From the NCBI GenBank assembly GCA_947177145.1, contig CAMWTL010000001.1, positions 1-54,631 of the forward strand: a DNA stretch of 54,631 nt, written 5' to 3'. This DNA comes from an uncultured Porphyromonadaceae bacterium. Its GTDB lineage: Bacteria > Bacteroidota > Bacteroidia > Bacteroidales > Muribaculaceae. This document shows, piece after piece, positions 37,659 through 46,666 of the stretch. The notes under the pieces were generated by a model that worked only from the letters and a program-made list of their open reading frames with translations, had not been told where the DNA came from and made no database searches. The position numbers and the translations under genes were made by a program. Numbering within the stretch: the first letter of the stretch is position 1; every line of letters starts with the position of its first letter.

Positions 37659-38585
37659 ATGAAGCCAATATCAGTCATAATACCTGTCTACAACCGTGAA
37701 GATCTGGTGGTAAGGACGCTTGACAGTGTTTATGCACAGACCTATCGCCCAATAGAACTTATTGTGGTTGACAATAATTCCACCGATTCATCCGCAGAGG
37801 TAATGAAACGGTGGAAAGAAAGTCATCACCATAGTGATTTCGACATAATCCTTATCAATGAACAAAAGCCGGGAGCTGCCATCGCAAGGCAGACCGGTTT
37901 CACTAAGGCGACCTCAGAGGTAGTGCTATTCTTTGATTCAGACGACATAATGCGTCCTGAACTGCTTACCAAAGTTATGGAGAAGTTCAGGACGCATTCG
38001 GATGTCGATATGGTGTATTGGCAAACAGCTGTTCTCACCACTGAAGGACGTGTTATACCTAAACGCTTCTCTACCTCTAATCTTATACGGCGTCATCTTT
38101 ACAACGGAATGTTGTGTACAATTTCATATGCCGTTAAAACTGATTATTTCAAGAAATGCGGTGGGTGGAACCCTACCCTTACCGGGTGGGACGATTGGGA
38201 ATTAGGTCTACGCCTTCTGCTCAATAATCCTATTATGGAGTCTATTCCTGAACCTTTGGTGATAATTTATCCACAACCAGAATCAATAACCGGGACCGAT
38301 TTCAAATCAAAGCAAGGGGAATGGGAGAAAGCCATAGAAGCTATGGAAAGGGTAAGCACGACACAAAAAGAACCGTTAAGAAATAAACTTGAACGAATGT
38401 TGCTTTATCGTCGGATAAACTTAGCGGCGCTATATAAAGCTGAGGGAGCATCTGAAATTGCAAAATCTCTCCTTGAGCAATCTTTGGCAACCTCATCAAT
38501 ATCCACTTGGCGCAAATGGCTTCTACGTCTTATCTATCACTATACAAGTCAAGGCGGACGCGCTGCTTACTTACTCTGGAATTGA
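37659..38585 (+). CDS. Glycosyltransferase family 2
   Basis: ISVIIPVYNRE, VVDNNSTD, LFFDSDD, GWDDWEL. Confidence 0.9.
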   Translation: MKPISVIIPVYNREDLVVRTLDSVYAQTYRPIELIVVDNNSTDSSAEVMKRWKESHHHSDFDIILINEQKPGAAIARQTGFTKATSEVVLFFDSDDIMRPELLTKVMEKFRTHSDVDMVYWQTAVLTTEGRVIPKRFSTSNLIRRHLYNGMLCTISYAVKTDYFKKCGGWNPTLTGWDDWELGLRLLLNNPIMESIPEPLVIIYPQPESITGTDFKSKQGEWEKAIEAMERVSTTQKEPLRNKLERMLLYRRINLAALYKAEGASEIAKSLLEQSLATSSISTWRKWLLRLIYHYTSQGGRAAYLLWN

Positions 38586-38766
38586 TATCCGTGGTAGGTA
38601 AAGAGTGAGAGTGCCACGATTGCTACAGCGGTAGCCTTTGAGGGCAACACAGACATCTGAACGCTTAATAGCTCGACGCATTCAAACAAATGTAGATAAA
38701 ATCTGAAATTTTTACATCAGCAGAATAAAGAATTCCTTTTCTTTAGAGGAAAGATAAAATGAGACC

Positions 38767-41190
38767 ATGAAAAAATTGCTTTCTATAATTCCTTTATTAG
38801 GACTCTTCCCCATGATGCTGCACGCTGAACGGACTGTGACCACGCTCAACAAAGGCTGGGAATTCACAAAGGGGCGTCCGGATGCCTCAACCAAATGGCA
38901 GCAGGTCAGTGTAGCTCATGACTGGGCAATATATGGTCCGTTTGACCGCTCCCACGACCTTCAGAAAGTGGCGGTAAAGCAAAACGGAGAAACTGTAGAG
39001 ACCATGAAGACCGGCAGAACCGGTGGACTACCTTTTATCGGACAAGGCACCTACCGCACAAGTTTTGAAGTGTCCGACACTGCCGGACGTGCAGTCACAC
39101 TTGTTTTTGACGGTGCTATGAGTAATGCCCGGGTCAAGGTGAATGGTAAGGAGGTAGCATATTGGCCCTACGGGTATAATTCATTCTATGCCGATGTCAC
39201 CGACGCTATAACCCCCGGCAGCAACGATATGGTGGTTGAACTCGAAAACTATGAGAGAGCTTCGCGTTGGTATCCGGGTGCCGGACTCTACCGTAACGTC
39301 CATGTGGTCAATACCGACCGCGTCCATATCCCTACCTGGGGTACATTTGTCACCACCCCTTATGTCTCAAATGAGAAAGCTTCTGTAAGGCTCGAAATGG
39401 AAATAGCAGGGGCACATAAGGGTGAGAAAATCGATGTCATCACCAAGATATTCTCTCCTGATGGTAAAGAGGTCTCAATTAACAATGCACCTTACGTGGC
39501 ACACGGACAGAAACACTTCCAGAATTTCATAGTTGACAACCCACAGCTATGGAGTCCGGAGACACCGAATCTCTACACGGCAAAGACGGAGATCTTAGTA
39601 AATGGTAAGCCGGTAGATTCCTATGACACACGCTTCGGCATACGTAAATTGGAATATATACCGGAACACGGATTTTTCCTCAACGGTCAGCCCACCAAAT
39701 TCAAGGGAGTATGTAATCACCACGACCTCGGACCATTAGGAGCGGCTGTCAACAAATCTGCACTACGTCATCAGGTAGAGCTACTTAAAGATATGGGGGC
39801 GAATGCTATCCGGACATCCCATAATATGCCCGCTCCGGAACTTGTAGAGGTATGCGACGAACTTGGGATGATGCTTATGGTGGAGCCATTTGATGATTGG
39901 AGTTTTCGACCAAAATCACCCAATGGCTACGGAGCTTTCTTTAAGGAATGGGCAGATAAGGACATTACCAACATGGTGAAGCACTACCGCAACAATCCTT
40001 CGGTAGTGATGTGGTCTATTGGCAACGAAGTGCCCAGCCAGTGGGGACCTGACGGCGTAGAGGAATTGACCATGCTTCAGGATCTCGTCAAATCACTCGA
40101 CACGACACGTCCTGTGACCTGCGGTATGGATCAGATTGGAGCCGTGCTCGACAATGGCTTCGCTGCAGCCCTCGACATACCCGGTTTCAATTATAAGCCC
40201 CAACGTTATGAAGAGGCATATGCCAAGCTTCCACAGAAGATGATTCTCGGCTCGGAGACCGCCTCAACAGTATCTTCAAGAGGTGTCTATCATTTCCCCG
40301 TCTCCTTCGATAAGGAACATAACCAGGTTATCCACCCTGACAACCAATCGTCAAGCTACGACAACGAAACCTGCAGCTGGTCAAACACTCCAGATATAGA
40401 CTTCTTCATGGATGAGAAGCCCTGGGTATTGGGACAGTTTGTATGGACGGGATTCGATTATCTTGGTGAGCCTTCCCCCTACGACACTGAGGCGTGGCCC
40501 AGCCATAGCTCCGTATTTGGCATAATTGACCTCGCATCGCTTCCGAAAGACCGTTACTACCTCTATCGCTCACAATGGAACGATAATGATCCTACCCTAC
40601 ACATACTTCCACACTGGAATTGGCAAGGCAGAGAGGGAGAGATAACTCCGGTGTTTGTCTACACCTCATATCCTAAGGCAGAACTGTTCATCAACGGGAA
40701 AAGCCAAGGAATGAGAGATAAGAACGACTCAACCTTGCAAACTCGCTATCGCCTTATGTGGAACGAGACGGTATACGAACCGGGGGAAGTGAAGGTAGTG
40801 GCATACGACAACGCCGGTAATCCTACTGCGGAGAAAATCATTCGTACTGCCGGTAAGCCTCATCATTTGGTTCTCTCTACCAACCGTGATATGCTGTCAC
40901 CGGATGGCGACGACTTAGCCTACATCACAGTCCAAGTAGCTGACAAGGATGGCAACATCGTCCCCACAGACAACCGCAGGGTGAAATTCAACGTTGTAGG
41001 TGCAGGCACTTTCGAAGCTACAGCCAATGGCGACCCTACCTCACTGCTTCCATTCCAAAATCCTGAAATGGACCTCTTCAGCGGAGCAGCAACAGCCATA
41101 GTACGCAGTGCCGACCGCCCCGGCACCCTCACCTTCACCGCCACCGCCAAAGGCATAAAACCTGCCACCCTCACCCTTCCCGTCAAATAA
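38767..41190 (+). CDS. Glycoside hydrolase family 2 (beta-galactosidase-like, DUF4982)
   Basis: FDGAMS, SRWYPGAGLYR, GVCNHHDLG, NAIRTSHN, WSIGNE, GSETAS, FVWTGFDYLGEP. Confidence 0.95.
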   Translation: MKKLLSIIPLLGLFPMMLHAERTVTTLNKGWEFTKGRPDASTKWQQVSVAHDWAIYGPFDRSHDLQKVAVKQNGETVETMKTGRTGGLPFIGQGTYRTSFEVSDTAGRAVTLVFDGAMSNARVKVNGKEVAYWPYGYNSFYADVTDAITPGSNDMVVELENYERASRWYPGAGLYRNVHVVNTDRVHIPTWGTFVTTPYVSNEKASVRLEMEIAGAHKGEKIDVITKIFSPDGKEVSINNAPYVAHGQKHFQNFIVDNPQLWSPETPNLYTAKTEILVNGKPVDSYDTRFGIRKLEYIPEHGFFLNGQPTKFKGVCNHHDLGPLGAAVNKSALRHQVELLKDMGANAIRTSHNMPAPELVEVCDELGMMLMVEPFDDWSFRPKSPNGYGAFFKEWADKDITNMVKHYRNNPSVVMWSIGNEVPSQWGPDGVEELTMLQDLVKSLDTTRPVTCGMDQIGAVLDNGFAAALDIPGFNYKPQRYEEAYAKLPQKMILGSETASTVSSRGVYHFPVSFDKEHNQVIHPDNQSSSYDNETCSWSNTPDIDFFMDEKPWVLGQFVWTGFDYLGEPSPYDTEAWPSHSSVFGIIDLASLPKDRYYLYRSQWNDNDPTLHILPHWNWQGREGEITPVFVYTSYPKAELFINGKSQGMRDKNDSTLQTRYRLMWNETVYEPGEVKVVAYDNAGNPTAEKIIRTAGKPHHLVLSTNRDMLSPDGDDLAYITVQVADKDGNIVPTDNRRVKFNVVGAGTFEATANGDPTSLLPFQNPEMDLFSGAATAIVRSADRPGTLTFTATAKGIKPATLTLPVK

Positions 41191-41223
41191 ACCCACCGAA
41201 TAAATCCAAGCCAAACAAAACAA

Positions 41224-41259
41224 TATCCCCGGCTCTGCATGGTAGCAGACCCGGGGATA
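41224..41259. terminator. GC-rich hairpin between convergent genes (likely terminator)
   Basis: TATCCCCGG-c-TCTGC..GCAGA-c-CCGGGGATA. Confidence 0.7.
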
Positions 41260-41293
41260 ATTTACGAATAGACTACTTCCGAATCACCTTTTT

Positions 41294-42007
41294 CTAACCG
41301 ATACAGTTTTCAAGCTCCTTTAAAAGGGCTTCACATTTCCTTATTTTGCTTTTTATGGTATACCATACTTTCAATATCCTATACGCATACACGAAAAAAG
41401 GAAAATACACGATGCATATAGTTATAAGAACAAATGGCAGATTAAAGCTCTGAAAAATCTTCCAATAGAATCCGGTTAGGGCTATTATAACAGAAAGTCC
41501 CAGGATACCACAGAGCCATACGCCTTTATACAGAATCTTAACGACACTGATCTTTTTATTCGATATTCTGGACAGCTGAATTAAATTGATAAACTGATAT
41601 ATTAAAATTATTTCTCCGGAAATAAGAAGAAAATTATGAATAAACTCGTCAATTCTACACTCTTTCAATCCTATAAGTAAAAGGCATAACAAGCCGTATA
41701 CCCCTGAGTATATTCCGGTATAAGCATACTTATCCCACCTTACATTTTGAGGATCAAGTAAAAACTCAAGATTATTGATTACTTCAATAAGCTCAGCACG
41801 TTTAGCACGCACCGCAAGGCCTTTATACCCCCTATCTTGTTCACACACAGTATGAGCCTTTTTTATAAGCCTTGCACACGACACCTTCATCTCCTCTAAA
41901 AGAGAGTCAAGGATATTCGTAAAAATATGGGTATTGGAAAGATAAACCAATCCAAAATCAAAAGCTACTGCAATCTGAATAAATGCAAGCAGATTTACAC
42001 AATCCAT
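41294..42007 (-). CDS. Hypothetical multi-pass membrane protein
   Basis: 237 aa, one N-terminal and about four further hydrophobic segments; AT-rich; starts 4 nt after the upstream gene's stop. Confidence 0.65.
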   Translation of the reverse strand: MDCVNLLAFIQIAVAFDFGLVYLSNTHIFTNILDSLLEEMKVSCARLIKKAHTVCEQDRGYKGLAVRAKRAELIEVINNLEFLLDPQNVRWDKYAYTGIYSGVYGLLCLLLIGLKECRIDEFIHNFLLISGEIILIYQFINLIQLSRISNKKISVVKILYKGVWLCGILGLSVIIALTGFYWKIFQSFNLPFVLITICIVYFPFFVYAYRILKVWYTIKSKIRKCEALLKELENCIG

Positions 42008-42011
42008 ATAT

Positions 42012-42668
42012 TCAAGCTGCCGGCAATTCAGTTTTTATCCAGCTCCCATCAGATTGAAGACGACCAAGCTCAACTACCTCATATTCCACCAATCGCACCG
42101 GATGCACAGAATAATGGGTAATGCCCTCCTTAAAAGTCAACGAAAGAATCAACGGTGTCTCAGCTCCATAATATTTCACTGCCTCCTCATATTTCCTCTT
42201 AAGTTCTCTTTTATTACTTGGTACAAGAACCGAGTCCTCTTTCTTGCTTATATCTTTATAAAAAGTATCAAAATCAGAATTGACAGGCACATAACCAAGA
42301 ACATAACGCAACTTATAATCAAAGGTTGCAAGCTGACGATTCTCTTTATACCATTCCTTATCCACCTTCACTACCACAAATTTATGAGCCGAAATATCCA
42401 TACGCTCATCCTCGTCAATCTTCTCACAAGCAATTGCGTCATCATTCAATATTCCTTTGGGCACCATAGATGTCCCCACTACAATAAATCCGGTATTCTC
42501 ACCGGCAAACATATTAAGAGCCTTTGGACGCTCATCATCATAAGAAGGAGCGTTAGCAGCAACCGGATTACCGGCAGCCACAAAATATGGTGCAGCAGGC
42601 ACATTCTCTTTTACCCAACCGCTTTCGCCAAAAAATTTGTTGAAAAAGGATTTAACACTTGCTGTCAT
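42012..42668 (-). CDS. LexA/UmuD-like S24 peptidase-domain protein without HTH
   Basis: VAAGNP (Ala-Gly cleavage-site motif), FIVVGTSMVPKGILNDD (catalytic Ser motif), YKLR (candidate catalytic Lys). Confidence 0.6.
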   Translation of the reverse strand: MTASVKSFFNKFFGESGWVKENVPAAPYFVAAGNPVAANAPSYDDERPKALNMFAGENTGFIVVGTSMVPKGILNDDAIACEKIDEDERMDISAHKFVVVKVDKEWYKENRQLATFDYKLRYVLGYVPVNSDFDTFYKDISKKEDSVLVPSNKRELKRKYEEAVKYYGAETPLILSLTFKEGITHYSVHPVRLVEYEVVELGRLQSDGSWIKTELPAA

Positions 42669-43173
42669 ATCATTCTTTATTAAAGGTAGAGTAAATATAA
42701 AACGTAATCTTCGGATTCAATATTATAACAATACGACAAAAAAGCCAATACCCTCATTCTTTTCGCATAAACCATACGATAATTTATGGATAGGCGATTC
42801 CTGAATTGCCAGTAAGCACACTCCATTTCACATCAAATCAGCCTTTCGAATCTCAAAAGCACAGCATTTCATCCGGACATCAACAAAAAGGAGATAATAA
42901 GTTGGCATCCCCATCCCAACCTTAGAAGCTGCCACACTCTCCCACATTAACCAATAATATGATCATATAGCTTCACACTCACATCAATTCATCCTTTTTC
43001 TTATCTCAAAAATATCTCTCTTATAGCGTAGAATTCTATAGTTAGATGTTGTCACCAACTACATAACAGTCTTTTAATTGATCGAATATCCCTTTACTCA
43101 GTCCCTTTTGAAGTGATATATCCTTATTATTTACACTTCGGCAATTTTGTGAAGTGAAACTCGTTTTAAGGAT

Positions 43174-44268
43174 ATGAAGATTCTTTTTATCGGCGACTAT
43201 TCAAATCTCCACGCATGTCTGGCAGCGGATTTAAGGCAAAAGGGCCATGACGTGACCGTGCTTTCCGACCGTGGTGGCTATCTCCAGACGGAGGCAGACA
43301 TCTTTGTGGAGCGAAAACCCGGTCTCACCGGTTCGTTTCGTTATCTGTTTAACCTTTTCTCTGTCTTGCCTCAGCTCAAGGGATATGATGTGGTGCAATT
43401 CATAAATCCAAATTTCCTGAATCTTCGTCCCGGCAAAATAAAATATTTCTTTGACAAGATCAAACAGCAGAACGGACGCAGGTTCCTGTCGTTGGCAAGC
43501 GACGATTATTTCTTCGTGAAAGCCTGTGCCGACAACAAGATTTTCAAATATTCCGAATTTAAGATCGGCGACCAGCCTACAGAATTCCATAAAACTACTC
43601 CACAAAGAATGAACGGCTGGTTAGCCGAGCCAAACCGTGAATGGAATACTTACTTCTATGATCATTTGGACGGGGCAATGGCTGTCCTCCCGGAATACGA
43701 TATGGCTGCCCGCCCGATATTGGGCGACAAGGTTACTTTCACAAACCTTCCGGTAGATCTCTCCTATCTTCCCTTCGCACCCTTAGATTTGGATGGTCCT
43801 CTAAAAATATTCATCGGCATTCGTGGTGGTATGGAGATACAGAAAGGCACTGCCTATATGCTCTCCGTAGCCAAGGAACTCGAAAGAGAAATGCCTGGGA
43901 GAGTCCAGGTGGAATGTGTACGAAACCTCCCACTGAAGGAGTATCTCCAGCGAATGAAAGAGAGCCACCTTGTCTTGGATCAGTTCTACGCCTATTCCCC
44001 TGCCACAAACGCTCTCCAAGCAATGGCTTTGGGCAAAGCTGTGGGCACCGGAGCACAGCCGGAATATTACGACTACATCAACCATCATTCCTCTCACCCA
44101 CTCTTCTCACTCTCCCCCCTCGAACCACCTTTAAAGGAACGCCTACGTTCTCTTATCCTTGATCCCTCGCCACTGATTGAGATGGGGAGTGAAGGACGTA
44201 AGATAGTAGAGAAGAATAATGATGTCAGCATCGTAGCCGACCGCTTCCTCAACGCCTGGCAACGATAA
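43174..44268 (+). CDS. GT-B fold glycosyltransferase (GT4-like)
   Basis: MKILFIGDYSNLH, GHDVTV, KGT, VLDQFY..PATNALQAMALGK. Confidence 0.85.
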   Translation: MKILFIGDYSNLHACLAADLRQKGHDVTVLSDRGGYLQTEADIFVERKPGLTGSFRYLFNLFSVLPQLKGYDVVQFINPNFLNLRPGKIKYFFDKIKQQNGRRFLSLASDDYFFVKACADNKIFKYSEFKIGDQPTEFHKTTPQRMNGWLAEPNREWNTYFYDHLDGAMAVLPEYDMAARPILGDKVTFTNLPVDLSYLPFAPLDLDGPLKIFIGIRGGMEIQKGTAYMLSVAKELEREMPGRVQVECVRNLPLKEYLQRMKESHLVLDQFYAYSPATNALQAMALGKAVGTGAQPEYYDYINHHSSHPLFSLSPLEPPLKERLRSLILDPSPLIEMGSEGRKIVEKNNDVSIVADRFLNAWQR

Positions 44269-44326
44269 CATCATTTATTAGTAGGATTTATTGGCAACGG
44301 TAACTGAATTTGAAAAAATCATCGAT

Positions 44327-45166
44327 ATGGAGAATTGTAAATTAGAGATTCTAACCGCGACATTGGGTGAAGAGGGATTACAACGTCTCGCAGCTATAAT
44401 TGCTCCTCCCACTGAGGGTGTGCGTTACCTTGTCTCATGCCAATGTCCGGGATACTCCTCTCTACCTGTGCCCCCTGCTTTACAACGTGATGATGTACGC
44501 ATAATATTTACTTCCACAAAAGGGGTTGCCATTAACCGCAATAATGCCTTGACTCATGCCACCGCCCCTCTGTGTCTTCTCTCAGACGATGATGTGCATT
44601 TTACACCTGATGCCTTCCAATCTATCATCTCTGTATTTAAGCATAATCCTGATGTCGATGTTGCCACATTCAAATTTCTTGGACCCGGAGGATCTTTTGA
44701 AAAACCTTATCCTAACCATACTTTTTCTTTAAATAAACCTGAGAAAGGTTACTATGTGAGTGCTATTGAAGTTGCTTTCCGACTCAAAAGTGTTAAAAAT
44801 ACCGGTATATGGTTTAATGAGAATTTTGGTGTCGGCACCGAACGTTTTGCCAGTGGAGAAGAGGAGTTATGGGTACACGACCTATTACACACCGGTTTGA
44901 AGGGGCAATTCTTTCCTCACCTCATTGCCACTCATAAACATTGTAATTCCACCGGTATACGTCTTATGGCCTCTCCACCTGTGCTTCGTGCACAAGGAGC
45001 TATAATCAAACGGTTTTACCCGCGTACCGCCCTGCTTCGAGTGATTTTGAAGGGATGGCGTTCATCAAAGGCAACCCAGGTTTCCATCCTTTCATGCCTC
45101 ATACCTCTATTGTCCGGATGGTGGCAAGCTACAACCCGACCACGAAAACTGTTCGGCTCAAAATAA
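44327..45166 (+). CDS. Glycosyltransferase family 2
   Basis: GVAINRNNAL, LLSDDD, FNENFGVG, SGEE; likely start ATG 44327. Confidence 0.85.
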   Translation: MENCKLEILTATLGEEGLQRLAAIIAPPTEGVRYLVSCQCPGYSSLPVPPALQRDDVRIIFTSTKGVAINRNNALTHATAPLCLLSDDDVHFTPDAFQSIISVFKHNPDVDVATFKFLGPGGSFEKPYPNHTFSLNKPEKGYYVSAIEVAFRLKSVKNTGIWFNENFGVGTERFASGEEELWVHDLLHTGLKGQFFPHLIATHKHCNSTGIRLMASPPVLRAQGAIIKRFYPRTALLRVILKGWRSSKATQVSILSCLIPLLSGWWQATTRPRKLFGSK

Positions 45167-45181
45167 TCAAGCTGACTGATT

Positions 45182-46666
45182 ATGGGAAAGAAAGATGCCA
45201 ACTCTTACCGTAATATTCTCCGTGGGACATCTCTGTTCGGAGGGGTGCAGGTGTTTCAAGTACTCATCAATCTTGTCAGAGGTAAATTGGTGGCTATGCT
45301 CCTCGGACCGGCAGGTATGGGCATATCCGCCCTCTTTGCATCTTCTGCCACAACCATACAACGTTTCGCCTCCTTAGGTCTCAACTTAGCCATCGTAAAA
45401 GAAACGGCATCCAAGAATGAGGATCCGGAGGCTCTTGCCACTACTATCTCCATAGCACGTCAGCTCATAACAGCCACGGCAATCGTCGGTGCTCTCATCT
45501 GTATACTCTTCTCATCATTCTTAAGCAAATTGACTTTCGGCAATGATGGAATGACGTTGCAATTTATCCTTCTTGGAGCAGTGGTAGGACTGAGCGTGGC
45601 ATACAATGGAAAACTTTCCATTCTGCAAGGTATTCAGGAAGTAAAACGCATATCGGTGGCATCTCTGGTAGGCGGTATCACAGGATTGGTGATAGGTGTA
45701 CCTCTATATTATTTCTTTGGCGACGATGGCATTGTGCCTGCTATGGTGGTATTGGCACTGGCAATGTATATTTTTTATTCTTTTTCCCTGAGCCGATCCA
45801 TAAAACTGCCTAACGTCAAGTTCATATGGCAGAGCCATAAACCGATAGTCAAGACCTTGGTAGTCTTAGGACTTCTCCTTATGGCAAATGACCTGATAAT
45901 GTCACTCGTGCAATACCTAACCAATATCTTTATAAAGAACTACGGATCAACCGATGCGGTAGGTCTGTATCAAGCTGCCAATTCCGTCACCAACCAATAT
46001 GCCGGCATGGTATTCACGGCTATGGCTATGGATTATTTCCCGCGACTGTCAAAGGTAGCGGAAGATAATAATGAAATGAGAAATGTGGTAAATCGCCAGA
46101 CCGAAATCGTCGCCCTGATAATCACACCGGCAAGTGCGCTTCTTATTCTCACCGCCCCTATTGTAATCCGACTCCTGCTAACTTCGGAATTTCTTACCAT
46201 TACTCCCCTTATGAGATGGATGGGGTTAGGCATACTGATAAGGGCACTATCAATTCCTATGGGATACATATCCTTTGCGAAGGGCAACCGAAAACTATTC
46301 TTCTGGTTCGAGGGAATCATTTGCAACGGTATGACGTTGGCGTACAGCTGCATTTTCTACTATTTCTTCGGACTTATAGGTCTGGGCTATGCATTGGTAG
46401 CAGACAATCTGAGCTGCCTGGTTCTCTATTATATCGTCAACCGACATATGTATGACTATAGATTTAGTAAAGAGTCAGCGTTTAATCTCGGTCTTGCCAT
46501 CGCCATAGGCACATTGGTATTTTACGCCTCCCTGATCGAATCTGTAGCACTATCATATTCAATAATGACAGTGCTTACAGTTATTTCAATCATTTATGCA
46601 TTTATAGTCTTACGCAAGAAACTGTCACGCACTTCTGACATCAGCGGATCCACTCAAGAGGATTGA
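45182..46666 (+). CDS. O-antigen/oligosaccharide flippase (Wzx family)
   Basis: NSYRNILRGTSLFGGVQ, K.VAMLLGPAGMG, VGLYQAA, DYFPRLS; about 12-14 TM segments. Confidence 0.9.
   Translation: MGKKDANSYRNILRGTSLFGGVQVFQVLINLVRGKLVAMLLGPAGMGISALFASSATTIQRFASLGLNLAIVKETASKNEDPEALATTISIARQLITATAIVGALICILFSSFLSKLTFGNDGMTLQFILLGAVVGLSVAYNGKLSILQGIQEVKRISVASLVGGITGLVIGVPLYYFFGDDGIVPAMVVLALAMYIFYSFSLSRSIKLPNVKFIWQSHKPIVKTLVVLGLLLMANDLIMSLVQYLTNIFIKNYGSTDAVGLYQAANSVTNQYAGMVFTAMAMDYFPRLSKVAEDNNEMRNVVNRQTEIVALIITPASALLILTAPIVIRLLLTSEFLTITPLMRWMGLGILIRALSIPMGYISFAKGNRKLFFWFEGIICNGMTLAYSCIFYYFFGLIGLGYALVADNLSCLVLYYIVNRHMYDYRFSKESAFNLGLAIAIGTLVFYASLIESVALSYSIMTVLTVISIIYAFIVLRKKLSRTSDISGSTQED

Noticed and set aside
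42054-42683. 209-aa + strand ORF
   Set aside because: Antisense to the S24-like gene; Ile/His-rich composition typical of a shadow frame
42669-43173. Small ORF or SOS box upstream of the S24-like gene
   Set aside because: Only a featureless 39-codon minus-strand ORF; no convincing palindromic operator seen
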